DNA of 32,000 nucleotides. Source: Raphidiopsis brookii D9 (GTDB taxonomy: Bacteria; Cyanobacteriota; Cyanobacteriia; Cyanobacteriales; Nostocaceae). The notes beneath the pieces were generated by a model that was not told the DNA's origin, did not search any database, and worked only from the letters and a program-made list of their open reading frames with translations. Made by a program: the position numbers and the translations under genes. The DNA lies in the NCBI GenBank assembly GCA_000175855.1, contig ACYB01000046.1, forward strand, positions 90,001-122,000, in the 5' to 3' direction. Below are positions 7,622-17,476 of this stretch, piece by piece. How positions within the stretch are numbered: position 1 is the stretch's first letter; every line of letters starts with the position of its first letter.

Positions 7622-8713
7622 TTAACTATTTTTTTCCAGAATGTTCATTAAAGCGTCACCCATAGCTCGACACCCTAAAAGATTCATTCCTGGAGACATA
7701 ATATCTCCTGTGCGATCGCCTTGTTGTAAAACCTGTAACACTGCATTTTCTATGCTGTCCGCTGCTGCTGGCTGATTTAATCCATAGCGTAACATCATAG
7801 CCGCACTTAGAACTTGTGCTAGAGGATTAGCTTTGTCTTGTCCTGCAATATCAGGAGCAGAACCATGAACAGGTTCATATACACCTGGACTGGAGGATCC
7901 TAAACTAGCTGATGGCAACATACCTATACTACCAGTTAGCATAGCTGCTGCATCGGAAAGAATATCACCAAAAAGGTTGCCAGTGACGATAGTATCAAAC
8001 TGCTTAGGGGCCCGAACTAACTGCATGGCAGCATTATCTACGTATAAGTGGGATAACTCTACTTGGGGGTATTCCGGAGCCAATTTATTCATCCCCTCTC
8101 GCCACAACTGAGATACTTCCAACACATTAGCTTTGTCAACTGAGCAAAGTTTGCCACTTCGTTTTTGTGCTGTTTCAAAAGCAACTCTGCCAATTCTTTC
8201 TATTTCTGATTCACTGTAAACCATCGTATTTACACCACGTCTTTCCCCTGTTTCTGTAGCAAAAATACCTTTAGGTTTGCCAAAATAAATCCCCCCCGTG
8301 AGTTCTCGTACCACCATGATATCCACACCCTCTACCACTTCTGGTTTGAGAGTAGAAGCATCTATTAATTGAGGTAGTATTTTAGCAGGTCTTAAATTGG
8401 CAAATAGTTCTAAACCAGCTCTCAATCCCAATAGTCCTGCTTCAGGACGTTTATTTGCAGGTAAAGAGTCCCATTTATAACCACCTATGGCAGCCAATAA
8501 AACTGCATCACTGCGCCTACAAGTCTCCAGGGTATGGGATGGTAGAGGTTCTCCGGTTTCGTCGATCGCCGCACCACCGATTAGAGCAGTTTCAAACTGA
8601 AAATTCAACTTGAATTGCTTACCAACCAGTTTTAGTACATCCACTGCTACTTCCATAATTTCAGGACCAATACCATCGCCAGGAAGTAGGGTAATACTGT
8701 GTTTTTGGGTCAT
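7622..8713 (-). CDS. leuB: 3-isopropylmalate dehydrogenase
   Basis: '[13 protein letters not shown]', '[11 protein letters not shown]', '[26 protein letters not shown]', '[13 protein letters not shown]'. Confidence 0.95.
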   Translation of the reverse strand: MTQKHSITLLPGDGIGPEIMEVAVDVLKLVGKQFKLNFQFETALIGGAAIDETGEPLPSHTLETCRRSDAVLLAAIGGYKWDSLPANKRPEAGLLGLRAGLELFANLRPAKILPQLIDASTLKPEVVEGVDIMVVRELTGGIYFGKPKGIFATETGERRGVNTMVYSESEIERIGRVAFETAQKRSGKLCSVDKANVLEVSQLWREGMNKLAPEYPQVELSHLYVDNAAMQLVRAPKQFDTIVTGNLFGDILSDAAAMLTGSIGMLPSASLGSSSPGVYEPVHGSAPDIAGQDKANPLAQVLSAAMMLRYGLNQPAAADSIENAVLQVLQQGDRTGDIMSPGMNLLGCRAMGDALMNILEKNS

Positions 8714-8842
8714 GATTAGGGTTAGTTAGTATTTTAATTGAGAAGCTTGTTTTTAAAAATATCATTAACAATTAGGCAAACTACAAGCGATCGCCAATGA
8801 CTCATAACGTAAATTGATCCCCATTTCCCATTCCCTACGTTT

Positions 8843-10246
8843 CTAAAGCTGCTTCACCTCAGAGACCAACTTAGCCACCATATCCTTGGCACCACCAAAT
8901 AACATGGTTGTTTTTTCCTTATAAAACAACTCATTGTCTACACCGGCAAAACCCGTACTCATACCTCGCTTAATCACAATAGTTTGCCTAGCCCTATCAA
9001 CCTCTAAAATGGGCATTCCATAAATTGGACTGTTAGCATCACTGCGAGCTGCAGGGTTGACCACATCATTGGCACCAATGACTAAAGCTACATCAGCTTG
9101 TTCAAATTGGGGGTTAATATCCTCCATATCATATAACTGAGTATAGGGCACATTAGCTTCTGCTAACAATACATTCATGTGTCCTGGCATTCTGCCAGCT
9201 ACTGGATGTATGGCGTATTTAACATCTACACCCATGCGCTCCAGTTGATCTGCTAACTCACGAATGCTATGCTGAGCTTGTGCTACAGCCATACCATAAC
9301 CCGGTACTATGACCACAGAACGGGCATAACCCAACATCATAGCACCTTCTTCAGGATCAATACTCCGCACAGTTTGATTACCAGTAGCAGTAGTAGCTCC
9401 ACCACTAACAGTAGAAACAGAACCAAAGGCACTAAATAGAACACTGAACAAAGACCGGTTCATGGCCTTACACATAATTTCCGTCAGGATAATTCCAGAA
9501 GCACCAACTAAAGCACCGGCAATGATCAACATATTATTCATCACCACAAAGCCTGCTGCTGATGCTGCTACACCTGATAATGAGTTTAGCAAAGAAATTA
9601 CTACTGGCATGTCTCCACCGCCAATGGGTAATACGAACATTACTCCAAGTACGAGGGAAACGGCCACCACGGCTAAAAATACTGGTAAACTATCAGGAGA
9701 AACAATTAAATAGGCGCTCCCCGCTAGATATGTACCTAAAAGCAACAAATTCACAGGTTGTTGCAGGGGAAAAGTAATGGGCGTACCACTAACTAAACCT
9801 TGCAATTTAGCAAAAGCTAGAAAACTACCAGTAAAAGTCACACCACCGATTAACACATCTAACAGCATGGATATATTAATATCCAAAGGTATAGATTGTC
9901 CAGCATCTAAAATACGCCAAAACTCAGCAACAGCTACAAGAGCGGAAGAAGCTCCACCCAAACCGTTGAGTAAACCCACCATTTGAGGCATTTCCGTCAT
10001 TTGCACTTTATAAGCTGCAATAGCCCCAATAATGGAACCAATGACTAGACCTACCAATATCATCTCATAATTAAGAACCTTTTGGTCTAGTAAAGTAGCA
10101 ACTACAGCTAACAGCATTCCCACTGCTGCAATAACATTACCATTGCGTGCAGTTGCAGGAGAGCCTAATTTTTTCAAGCCAAATATAAATAGGGATGCAG
10201 CCAGTAAATAAGTTAGCTGAATACCGGTAGGGATAAAACTGGTCAT
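8843..10246 (-). CDS. pntB: NAD(P) transhydrogenase subunit beta
   Basis: A polytopic N-terminal half plus the dIII domain 'VIVPGYGMAVAQAQH...HPVAGRMPGHMNVLLAEA...GANDVVNPAA'. The start overlaps the stop of the upstream subunit by 4 nt (ATGA). Confidence 0.95.
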   Translation of the reverse strand: MTSFIPTGIQLTYLLAASLFIFGLKKLGSPATARNGNVIAAVGMLLAVVATLLDQKVLNYEMILVGLVIGSIIGAIAAYKVQMTEMPQMVGLLNGLGGASSALVAVAEFWRILDAGQSIPLDINISMLLDVLIGGVTFTGSFLAFAKLQGLVSGTPITFPLQQPVNLLLLGTYLAGSAYLIVSPDSLPVFLAVVAVSLVLGVMFVLPIGGGDMPVVISLLNSLSGVAASAAGFVVMNNMLIIAGALVGASGIILTEIMCKAMNRSLFSVLFSAFGSVSTVSGGATTATGNQTVRSIDPEEGAMMLGYARSVVIVPGYGMAVAQAQHSIRELADQLERMGVDVKYAIHPVAGRMPGHMNVLLAEANVPYTQLYDMEDINPQFEQADVALVIGANDVVNPAARSDANSPIYGMPILEVDRARQTIVIKRGMSTGFAGVDNELFYKEKTTMLFGGAKDMVAKLVSEVKQL

Positions 10247-10536
10247 GCTTTAACCTCCTTTTTCTTAAACATCTGCAACATTCTGTCAGTTACCAAAAAA
10301 CCGCCGACAACGTTAACCATGGCCAATATGACCGCAATCAAACCGAGAATTACCGATAAACTGGTGTTTTTCTCCCCCGCTGCTAAAATCGCACCAATTA
10401 CGGAAATTCCTGAAATGGCATTGGAACCGGACATTAAAGGAGTATGTAGTGTGGGAGGAACTTTGTTAATGACTTCAAAACCTATAAAAGAAGCCAAAAC
10501 AAGTACAGACAAAGCCGCAAGCAGTGTTTCAGTCAT
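10243..10536 (-). CDS. pntA: NAD(P) transhydrogenase subunit alpha, part 2 (membrane part)
   Basis: 97-aa three-helix membrane protein with 'TLHTPLMSGSNAISGI', located between pntA part 1 and pntB in the split-alpha arrangement. Confidence 0.9.
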   Translation of the reverse strand: MTETLLAALSVLVLASFIGFEVINKVPPTLHTPLMSGSNAISGISVIGAILAAGEKNTSLSVILGLIAVILAMVNVVGGFLVTDRMLQMFKKKEVKA

Positions 10537-10590
10537 TGTGATTTGAGATTGATTTCACAGATTGTTAGTTCGAAAATGGTTGTTCAAAAA

Positions 10591-11745
10591 TTAAACTGGG
10601 ACAGCTTGTAGCGCATCCTTAATGCGTTGATTTCTAATTTCACCATTGTGGGTAATACAAGCAGCATCAACAATATCGTCTGCAAAGTTAACATTTAAGG
10701 CTTTATCTTTAACGACCAGCTGCATTAATGCAGTAACATTCTTAGCATAAAGTTGACTGGCGTGTACAGGCATTGACGAGGGCAGATTAATCGGTCCAAT
10801 AATAGTCACACCCTGATAAACTATATCCTTACCGGGTGCTGTACAAGCGCAATTTCCTCCCTGCTCCGCTGCTAAATCCACAATCACAGAGCCAGGTTTC
10901 ATTCCTTTCACCATATCCTCCGTGACTAGGATAGGGGCTTTTCTACCCGGTACTTGAGCTGTTGTAATCACTATGTCCGAGTGTTTGACGTGTTCAGCAA
11001 CCACCTCTTGGGTGCGTTTTTTGCTATCTTCAGAAATTTCCTTAGCGTAACCACCTGCTGCTGTGGTTTCTTCTGTTAATTTAATCTCTACGAATTTCGC
11101 TCCTAAGCTTTGCACCTCTTCCTTCACTGCTGGGCGTATATCAAAAGCCTCTACTAAAGCACCTAGTCTACGAGCAGTAGCTATAGCTTGTAACCCAGCT
11201 ACTCCTGCACCCATAACAAACACTTTAGCAGGAGCAATAGTACCAGCTGCAGTGGTCAACATGGGAAAGTACTTGGGCAGTGCTGCTGCTGCTAATAATA
11301 CGGTTTTATAGCCAGCTATGGAAGCCTGAGAAGACAGGGCATCCATGCTTTGGGCCCTGGTAGTACGGGGTATTAGTTCCATACTTAAAGCAGTGATTTG
11401 TCGTTGTGCTAATTTCCGAGCTATTTCCGGATTACCCAGGGGGTTGAGAAAACTAAGTAACACTGCTCCTGGTTTAAGCAGGTCTATTTCCTCCCGGCCA
11501 TCTTCCCTTTCCTGGGGTGGACTCACCTTAAGCAGTATGTCAGCTTCACCCCACAATACAGCAGCATCGGTAATAATTTTTGCCCCTGCTGCTTCATAGT
11601 CGGCATCACTAAAGTATGCTTTTTCTCCTGCACCGGTTTCTACGGAGATCTCTAATCCCTGTTTGACCAATTTGGCTACAATGTCAGGAACTAATGACAC
11701 CCGCCGTTCACTTACTTCTATTTCCTTAGCAACTGCAATTTTCAT
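10591..11745 (-). CDS. pntA: NAD(P) transhydrogenase subunit alpha, part 1 (dI, alanine-dehydrogenase-like)
   Basis: 'RRVSLVPD', 'RAQSMDALSSQASIAGY', and the NAD-binding 'VFVMGAGVAGLQAIATARRLGA'. Confidence 0.95.
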   Translation of the reverse strand: MKIAVAKEIEVSERRVSLVPDIVAKLVKQGLEISVETGAGEKAYFSDADYEAAGAKIITDAAVLWGEADILLKVSPPQEREDGREEIDLLKPGAVLLSFLNPLGNPEIARKLAQRQITALSMELIPRTTRAQSMDALSSQASIAGYKTVLLAAAALPKYFPMLTTAAGTIAPAKVFVMGAGVAGLQAIATARRLGALVEAFDIRPAVKEEVQSLGAKFVEIKLTEETTAAGGYAKEISEDSKKRTQEVVAEHVKHSDIVITTAQVPGRKAPILVTEDMVKGMKPGSVIVDLAAEQGGNCACTAPGKDIVYQGVTIIGPINLPSSMPVHASQLYAKNVTALMQLVVKDKALNVNFADDIVDAACITHNGEIRNQRIKDALQAVPV

Positions 11746-12180
11746 TTAGTCTCCTCAAAACGAATAAGATCAATACTCAATATTTCCTAACATCCTTTTT
11801 TAGCTTCAGGTTTAACCTTCATGGATTACCGTTGGTGCTATGCCAGAGGGAATCTCTAACTACGGACCTATAATCCTGGACATTAGCAAGTTGTTGTACT
11901 TGATGTATACTTGATATATATACTATGTGTCAGGTTTTGTGTGTAAGTTTTCAGATTATCTTAGGGATTTTTTTTATTCATATTACTGAGTATATTAGAG
12001 TTGTTGGAAACAAGCGGCTAGGTTCTTGAGATTGTTTTTCTCATTTGTTTAGGGTATTCTAGTGGCTTAATTAAAGCTGTGTCCAAAATCGAAAAAAAAC
12101 TTAACGTCCGTAAAAGTTGCTTATGATTGCTGGCACCTTTATGCCAGTTTCTACGTCATACCAATCAAATTTCTCATCGA

Positions 12181-12705
12181 ATGGTTAAAATTATGAAGCG
12201 TTTACTCCCGGCTTTAGCCCTATCTAGTTGTCTGTTAACTGGTATTTCCACTACCACCCTAGCTCAAAGCCTACCAGGCTTAACACTATTTAGTGGTGTC
12301 AAACCAGAAAACCAGCTGTCATTTTTCTTGGATTTTGGCGGACAAACTAACAACACAGACAGATATAGACTAAGACTGCCTGCTAATAAAATGAAACTGC
12401 CAGTATCTCAATTTAATATCACCTATCCTGAATACTACAAAGGTAGCTTCGACACTAAAGAAATAGAAGTTCGAGTTAAAGGTAAAAGTGTAGATGTAAA
12501 AGAAGTGAAATGGAATAAAGAAACAAGGGTAATTGAGATAGTGCCCCAAGACCCCGTGCCTGCTGGCAGTAAGGTGGAGCTAATCCTCTCAAATGTGCAA
12601 AACCCCAGTTTTGGCGGGATGTTCTATTTTAACTGTCAGGTTCTCTCCCCTGGTGGGGTGCCAGTTCCTCGCTATCTTGGAACCTGGATCATTAGCATAT
12701 CCTAA
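12181..12705 (+). CDS. Secreted DUF2808-like cyanobacterial protein
   Basis: Signal peptide 'MKRLLPALALSSCLLTGISTTTLAQS', then 'RYRLRLPANKM...FNITYPEYY...VELILSNVQNP'. I prefer ATG 12181 (or 12193) over the listed TTG at 12127, which would add a non-signal-like extension. Confidence 0.65.
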   Translation: MVKIMKRLLPALALSSCLLTGISTTTLAQSLPGLTLFSGVKPENQLSFFLDFGGQTNNTDRYRLRLPANKMKLPVSQFNITYPEYYKGSFDTKEIEVRVKGKSVDVKEVKWNKETRVIEIVPQDPVPAGSKVELILSNVQNPSFGGMFYFNCQVLSPGGVPVPRYLGTWIISIS

Positions 12706-12797
12706 GTCTAATGGCTGCAAAATATGTTCTGATCTTGAGTAAAGTGCTAAGATAAGAGATTGTGACTTTTTATAAAATTGCCTAAGAGGAGAAAACA

Positions 12798-12932
12798 ATG
12801 CAAAGAACACTGGGTGGAACTTGTCGCAAAAGAAAGAGAACTTCTGGGTTTCGCGCCAGAATGCAAACCCCAACTGGTCGAAACGTAATTAGAACCAGAA
12901 GAAAAAAAGGTCGTCATCGTTTGAGCGTTTAA
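12798..12932 (+). CDS. rpmH: 50S ribosomal protein L34 (44 aa); not in the supplied ORF track
   Basis: My own translation: [46 protein letters not shown] 'agaggag' lies 6-7 nt upstream. The position immediately upstream of rnpA is the canonical arrangement. Confidence 0.9.
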   Translation: MQRTLGGTCRKRKRTSGFRARMQTPTGRNVIRTRRKKGRHRLSV

Positions 12933-12959
12933 TAGGAACCTAGCTAACACAAACCTATT

Positions 12960-13382
12960 GTGCCGTTGCCAAAAGCATACAGACTAAAATCCCGTGGTGA
13001 CTTCCAGGCAGTTTTCCGGGAAGGAGTCCGGTGTCATAGCTCTCATTTCACCCTGAGAGCTTTAAAAACCCTGTCTCCAACTCAGGTTGCTTTGCACCCC
13101 TCCTCTATAACTACACCTGCTAACACCTGTGAAAACTTACCTAATACTAAAATTGGTATTTCCATTAGCACTAAAGTTAGCAAAAGAGCAGTGGTTCGTA
13201 ACCGTATCAAAAGACAAATTACGGGAGTTTTGTACCAATTATTACCAAAGTTATCGAAAGGATGGCGACTAGTGGTAATTGTCAAGCCAAAGACAGGAGA
13301 ATGGGAGTGCATAAGCCAACAATTTCTGCGAGAATTAGAGCAGTTGTTGGTAAAAGCTGAGGTGATAAATGGGCATTCGTGA
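12960..13382 (+). CDS. rnpA: Ribonuclease P protein component
   Basis: 'LPKAYRLKSRGDFQAVFREG' and the RNR motif 'KRAVVRNRIKRQI'. GTG start (12960). It follows rpmH. Confidence 0.9.
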   Translation: MPLPKAYRLKSRGDFQAVFREGVRCHSSHFTLRALKTLSPTQVALHPSSITTPANTCENLPNTKIGISISTKVSKRAVVRNRIKRQITGVLYQLLPKLSKGWRLVVIVKPKTGEWECISQQFLRELEQLLVKAEVINGHS

Positions 13383-13758
13383 GGAAGTTTATTATGAAGG
13401 TGGTCCCCACATTGGGGATTTAATTCTCAATCTACTAATTGGCTTGACCATAGTTGGCTTGCCATTGACCATTGGAGCGATTATTAGAGCTTTGTGGTTG
13501 CGTTTTAAGATCACTGACCGGCGAGTTGCTGTGATGGGTGGTTGGATGGGACAAAATCGCACTGATATCATTTATTCAGAAGTTGTGAAGGTGGTGAAAG
13601 TCCCCCGTGGCGTTGGTCTATGGGGTGACATGGTGTTAACCCTGAAAAACGGTAGTCGTTTGGAAATTAGGGCTATTCCCAACTTTCGAGAGGTTTATGA
13701 ACATATCAATGATAGGGTTGCCGCTAAGAATCCTCAATATACTTCTAACCCCTCCTGA
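13369..13758 (+). CDS. Membrane-anchored bacterial PH-domain (bPH_2/YdbS-like) protein
   Basis: Two N-terminal TM helices, then 'RFKITDRRVAVMGGWMGQNRTDIIYSEV'. It overlaps the rnpA stop by 14 nt. It sits between rnpA and yidC, where cyanobacteria carry such a gene. Confidence 0.6.
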   Translation: MGIREEVYYEGGPHIGDLILNLLIGLTIVGLPLTIGAIIRALWLRFKITDRRVAVMGGWMGQNRTDIIYSEVVKVVKVPRGVGLWGDMVLTLKNGSRLEIRAIPNFREVYEHINDRVAAKNPQYTSNPS

Positions 13759-13876
13759 TCTACCTATTATCTTGTAGGTGCGGCTATCCGTCCCTGCTGA
13801 TAGTCGCCAGTAAATCACAATTTGGATAAATTAGATTCAGTTTACATTTACATTACCTTGGGTTGGATTGAGAATA

Positions 13877-15046
13877 ATGGATTTTGGTATTGGGTTTCTC
13901 TCGAACAATGTCATGTTGCCAATCATAGACTTTTTCTATGGCGTTTTCCCCAGCTATGGACTGGCAATTGTGGCTTTAACACTAATCATTCGGTTCGCAC
14001 TCTACCCTCTGAGTGCTGGATCTATTCGCAGCATGCGTCGCATGCGAATAGTACAACCTTTGATGCAAAAGCGGATGGCAGAAATAAAAGAGCGTTATAA
14101 AGATGATCCGCAAAAACAGCAAGAGGAAATGGTAAATGTCCAAAAAGAATTTGGCAATCCCCTAGCTGGATGTTTGCCACTGCTGCTACAAATGCCAGTG
14201 TTGTTGGCTTTGTTTGCTACTCTTAGGGGTTCGCCATTTGCGGGTGCTAATTACTCAGTTAACCTACAAATTCTACCCTCAGAACAAATTGAACGCATTC
14301 AACCTCAGGCTTTTGCTACCCCTCCTCAAAACATTTACGTTGCCAATGGTGTGCACACCCAAATCACGGCCATTCTTCCTGGTGGTAATAAATTAGCAGT
14401 AGGGGAAAAAACCAAGATTCAATATCAAACTATGGAGGGCAAACCGTTTGATGCGCTCTTAGTGGAATATCCTCAAACAAAGTTGACTCCTGAATGGAAA
14501 ATCATGAAGGGAGAAGACCGCATCAAAATCGATCTCGAGGGTAATGTTGAAGCCTTGCAACCAGGAGATGTGACAATTCAAGGCATAATCCCTGGACTAG
14601 CTGCTAATAGTGGATTTCTATTTATTGATGCGTTGGGCAGGGTAGGAGCAATTGATCCAGATGGCAAGATCCACTGGGACATCGTGGGTATGATTATTTT
14701 CTTTGGCATTAGCTTATATTTTAGCCAAATGCTCTCTGGGCAAAACTCCAGTGGTGGTAACCCTCAACAGGAAACCGTCAATAAAATCACGCCTGTGATT
14801 TTTTCTGGGATGTTTTTGTTCTTTCCTTTACCTGCAGGTGTGCTTATGTACATGGTAATTGGTAATGTTTTCCAAACTCTCCAGACCTATATTCTGTCTC
14901 GGGAACCTTTACCAGAAGAACTGCAAAAAATTGTAGCAATTCAGGAAAAAGAAAAACAAGCAGCAACGGTAGAAGTCAAAACCTTACCCTTTGAACCAAA
15001 AGGTTCTAAGAAAAAACAGCCCAATAACAAAGAATCTAAAACCTAA
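13877..15046 (+). CDS. yidC: Membrane protein insertase YidC/Oxa1/Alb3 family
   Basis: '[20 protein letters not shown]', '[19 protein letters not shown]', '[22 protein letters not shown]'. ATG 13877 (MDFGIGFL...) is preferred over the listed TTG at 13868. Confidence 0.9.
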   Translation: MDFGIGFLSNNVMLPIIDFFYGVFPSYGLAIVALTLIIRFALYPLSAGSIRSMRRMRIVQPLMQKRMAEIKERYKDDPQKQQEEMVNVQKEFGNPLAGCLPLLLQMPVLLALFATLRGSPFAGANYSVNLQILPSEQIERIQPQAFATPPQNIYVANGVHTQITAILPGGNKLAVGEKTKIQYQTMEGKPFDALLVEYPQTKLTPEWKIMKGEDRIKIDLEGNVEALQPGDVTIQGIIPGLAANSGFLFIDALGRVGAIDPDGKIHWDIVGMIIFFGISLYFSQMLSGQNSSGGNPQQETVNKITPVIFSGMFLFFPLPAGVLMYMVIGNVFQTLQTYILSREPLPEELQKIVAIQEKEKQAATVEVKTLPFEPKGSKKKQPNNKESKT

Positions 15047-15058
15047 GTAACCCAAATT

Positions 15059-15598
15059 ATGACTGATATTTCTATGCAGCACAGTGAACAGTGGTTAAAA
15101 CAATTGCTGCAGTTAGCTGGAATCTCTACTAATGTTTACAGTCAACTGGGTGCTGCACCAACTTTAGAAACAGCTTCCCCCGAACCAAATAGCTACTGGT
15201 TGATAATTGATGACTCTAATTTAATGCCTGAGCAAATACGGGTGTTATTAGGTAATAACGGATCTGTTTTAGATGCTATACAGTTCTTGGCTAATTCTGT
15301 ATTGAACTTACATCACCAGGAACAGGAACAAATATCCTACACCATTGAGTTTAATGGTTATCGAGTCCAAAGACAAGCAGAAATCAGTACTTTGGTGAAA
15401 ACTGCAGCTCAGGAAGTGCGCTTTTCTGGAAGGGAGGTGGAAATTAGATCTCTGAATTCCACTGAGAGACGACAGGTTCACAGCTTCTTGAAAGAATTTC
15501 CAGATTTGGAAACTTTTAGTCGTGGTCGGGAACCTAATCGCAATCTGGTGATTCGTTTAGCTACTCCATCCCCAGCTAATCCTGATTATTCAAGCTAA
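15059..15598 (+). CDS. Jag/KhpB-like RNA-binding protein (KH plus R3H domains)
   Basis: R3H signature 'LNSTERRQVHSFL'. Position immediately after yidC, as in the conserved yidC-jag pair. Confidence 0.8.
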   Translation: MTDISMQHSEQWLKQLLQLAGISTNVYSQLGAAPTLETASPEPNSYWLIIDDSNLMPEQIRVLLGNNGSVLDAIQFLANSVLNLHHQEQEQISYTIEFNGYRVQRQAEISTLVKTAAQEVRFSGREVEIRSLNSTERRQVHSFLKEFPDLETFSRGREPNRNLVIRLATPSPANPDYSS

Positions 15599-15633
15599 AA
15601 TGGTGTAAATATTGAAGTGTATTCATAAGTATC

Positions 15634-16131
15634 ATGGATGCTATTTTTCTGCCACAACTAACTAAGGCTCCGCAGTGTACAGAAGAGGTTCAAGTTGATG
15701 AATTCCTACCGGAGCTGGAAACTTTAACACCCGTGCGTGGTGTTGTTCGTTTGCAACACCATGGTAATTACTTGGAAGTTTCTGGTAAAGCAGAATCTAT
15801 AATTACTTGTAGCTGTAACCGATGTTTACAACAATATAATCAGAGGTTGACTATTAAGACTAAAGAAATTATTTGGTTTGACACTAATTCTGATCCGGTA
15901 GAAGATTTACCGTTGGAAAGGGAAGTTGCTATGGAGGATTTGGTAGAAACTATTGCACCTGATGGTTATTTTGATCCCGGTGAATGGCTATATGAACAGA
16001 TGTGCTTAGCTATTCCTCAACGCCAGTTGTGTAACTCAAATTGTCCGGGAATTATAGCTACTGGTGTTAATGAAAGTTCAGTTGATAGACGTTGGTCAGC
16101 TTTAGAGAAATTAAAAAATCAACTTTCCTAG
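15634..16131 (+). CDS. YceD/DUF177 family protein
   Basis: Two Cys pairs, 'CSCNRCL' and 'CNSNCPG', and an acidic central region, typical of DUF177. Confidence 0.75.
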   Translation: MDAIFLPQLTKAPQCTEEVQVDEFLPELETLTPVRGVVRLQHHGNYLEVSGKAESIITCSCNRCLQQYNQRLTIKTKEIIWFDTNSDPVEDLPLEREVAMEDLVETIAPDGYFDPGEWLYEQMCLAIPQRQLCNSNCPGIIATGVNESSVDRRWSALEKLKNQLS

Positions 16132-16140
16132 GGGTGTGAT

Positions 16141-16172
16141 TAATTGGAAAAAGTTTTAACTATTTCCAATTA
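16141..16172. terminator. Hairpin between convergent genes (10-bp stem taattggaaa/tttccaatta, 12-nt loop)
   Basis: Read directly. It lies between the yceD-like stop (16131) and the phytase-like stop (16201). The stem is AT-rich. Confidence 0.35.
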
Positions 16173-16200
16173 CTTTCCAACTACCTTTCAATTTTCGGCG

Positions 16201-17443
16201 CTAGGTCAATCCCAACTGACGTAGTAGTTTTTTTAAGGGGGATTCTCTTTTTAGTTTGAATGCTAGTATTTGGGTGGTTTGTAGTCTATTAAAGTTGTTA
16301 TCACTCACCAAAATTAGAGAAATATTGCCATCGGATAATTTGGGTCCGATAGTTAATCCCTCTATATTATCCAAGGGTAGGGGTAAGGTTTGCAAATCTA
16401 GAAGTAATTTTTTCTCGACTGGTTTGATTTTGCTCATGTCAACAGTTGAGAGATTGGGGATATTATGAATATCATCAGCATTATTTAAAGATACTTCAAA
16501 CAGGGAAACTGCAAAGCCCAAACCAGTGAAAGTTCTTTCTAAACTGAGAAAGTTTCCTCTATTATCTAAAGCTACTAAATCCGACAGTCCACTATCAAAT
16601 CTACCTGTGAAGTTAAATAGGGGTGTAACAGGTTCCATTGGGTAAAGAAATTCTTTTTGCGGTTGATTATCACTGAGGTTATATTGTAGGATTCGACATG
16701 GAGTACCAAAGTTAGGTTTAGCAGCTTCACCATCTTGAACTAGGGCGTTTTCTGTAGCTGTAAATAGCATTTGATTGTTAGGTGTGATTGTCAGACTTTC
16801 AAAGGCTAAATTATTACGTACACCGCGTTGATTTTTGCCATCGGGTAAAAATTTCTCTGGTATGGGTAGACTATTGATTGCGTTCCCGGAAGCTAGAGAA
16901 AATTCCTGAATAGATGGATTAATTGATTCACTGACATCCCCCTCGGAAGAAATAAAGACGGTGGATTTTTTTTGTCGCTGCAATACCCTCGGGATCAATT
17001 CCCCCAAGGGCAAATTTTTGATTTTTTCCATCTAATAGAGTAGTGACTCCTACAGGTAATGCTTTACTTTGATCTATCTTCCCTTTGCTTAAGTCAATCT
17101 TGAAGTTATAGAACCGAGGTGGTCCTTTTTGTCCCCGGTCATCGGAAACAATATAGTAGAGATCGTTATCAACATCATAAGTAATTCCCGAGAGTCCACC
17201 TACCTTAGTATTTTGAAAGGTATATCCCGTGGGTAAAGTAGCTACACCAAGAAATTCTATGTCCGTGATTCTAACGGTTGCATTGGCTATCTGACCCAAA
17301 AACAAACCCATAATACTAACAATGATCATGGTAATAATACCATAAATGACCATTCTAGGATTTTTCCATTTGGCTTTTTTGCTTTCTTTCATCTTGAACT
17401 TCACATTCTTCAGATAATCTAGAGCGATCGCCCATCCTAACAT
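16201..17443 (-). pseudogene. Phytase-like esterase family protein ('esterase-like activity of phytase'), split by a frameshift in an A8 run
   Basis: Two overlapping ORFs (16928..17443 and 16201..17031) read as one protein across the junction: ...GGIDPEGIAATKK | KSTVFISSEGDVSES... The switch occurs at the homopolymer 16966-16973 (T8 on +, A8 on -). The N-terminus has a TM/signal segment. Confidence 0.7.
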
Positions 17444-17476
17444 ATACTTAATAGATGACTATTATTTATTTAGGTA

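Noticed and set aside
9462-11599. Plus-strand ORFs 9462..9713, 9562..9777, 9777..9986, 10319..10546, 11063..11311 and 11345..11599
   Set aside because: They are antisense to the pntB/pntA genes. Their Ala/Pro/Thr-rich translations are typical of the reverse strand of membrane-protein genes.
12127-12180. TTG start at 12127 for the DUF2808 gene
   Set aside because: The extension (MLAPLCQFLRHTNQISHR) precedes an obvious signal peptide beginning at ATG 12181/12193, so the internal ATG is more plausible.
12589-13312. Minus-strand ORFs 12589..12873, 12747..12950 and 13082..13312
   Set aside because: They overlap the 3' end of the DUF2808 gene, rpmH and rnpA on the opposite strand. rpmH explains the interval.
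13636-14396. ORFs 13636..13818 (-), 13822..14100 (+) and 14214..14396 (+)
   Set aside because: They are off-frame or antisense overlaps of the PH-domain gene and yidC.
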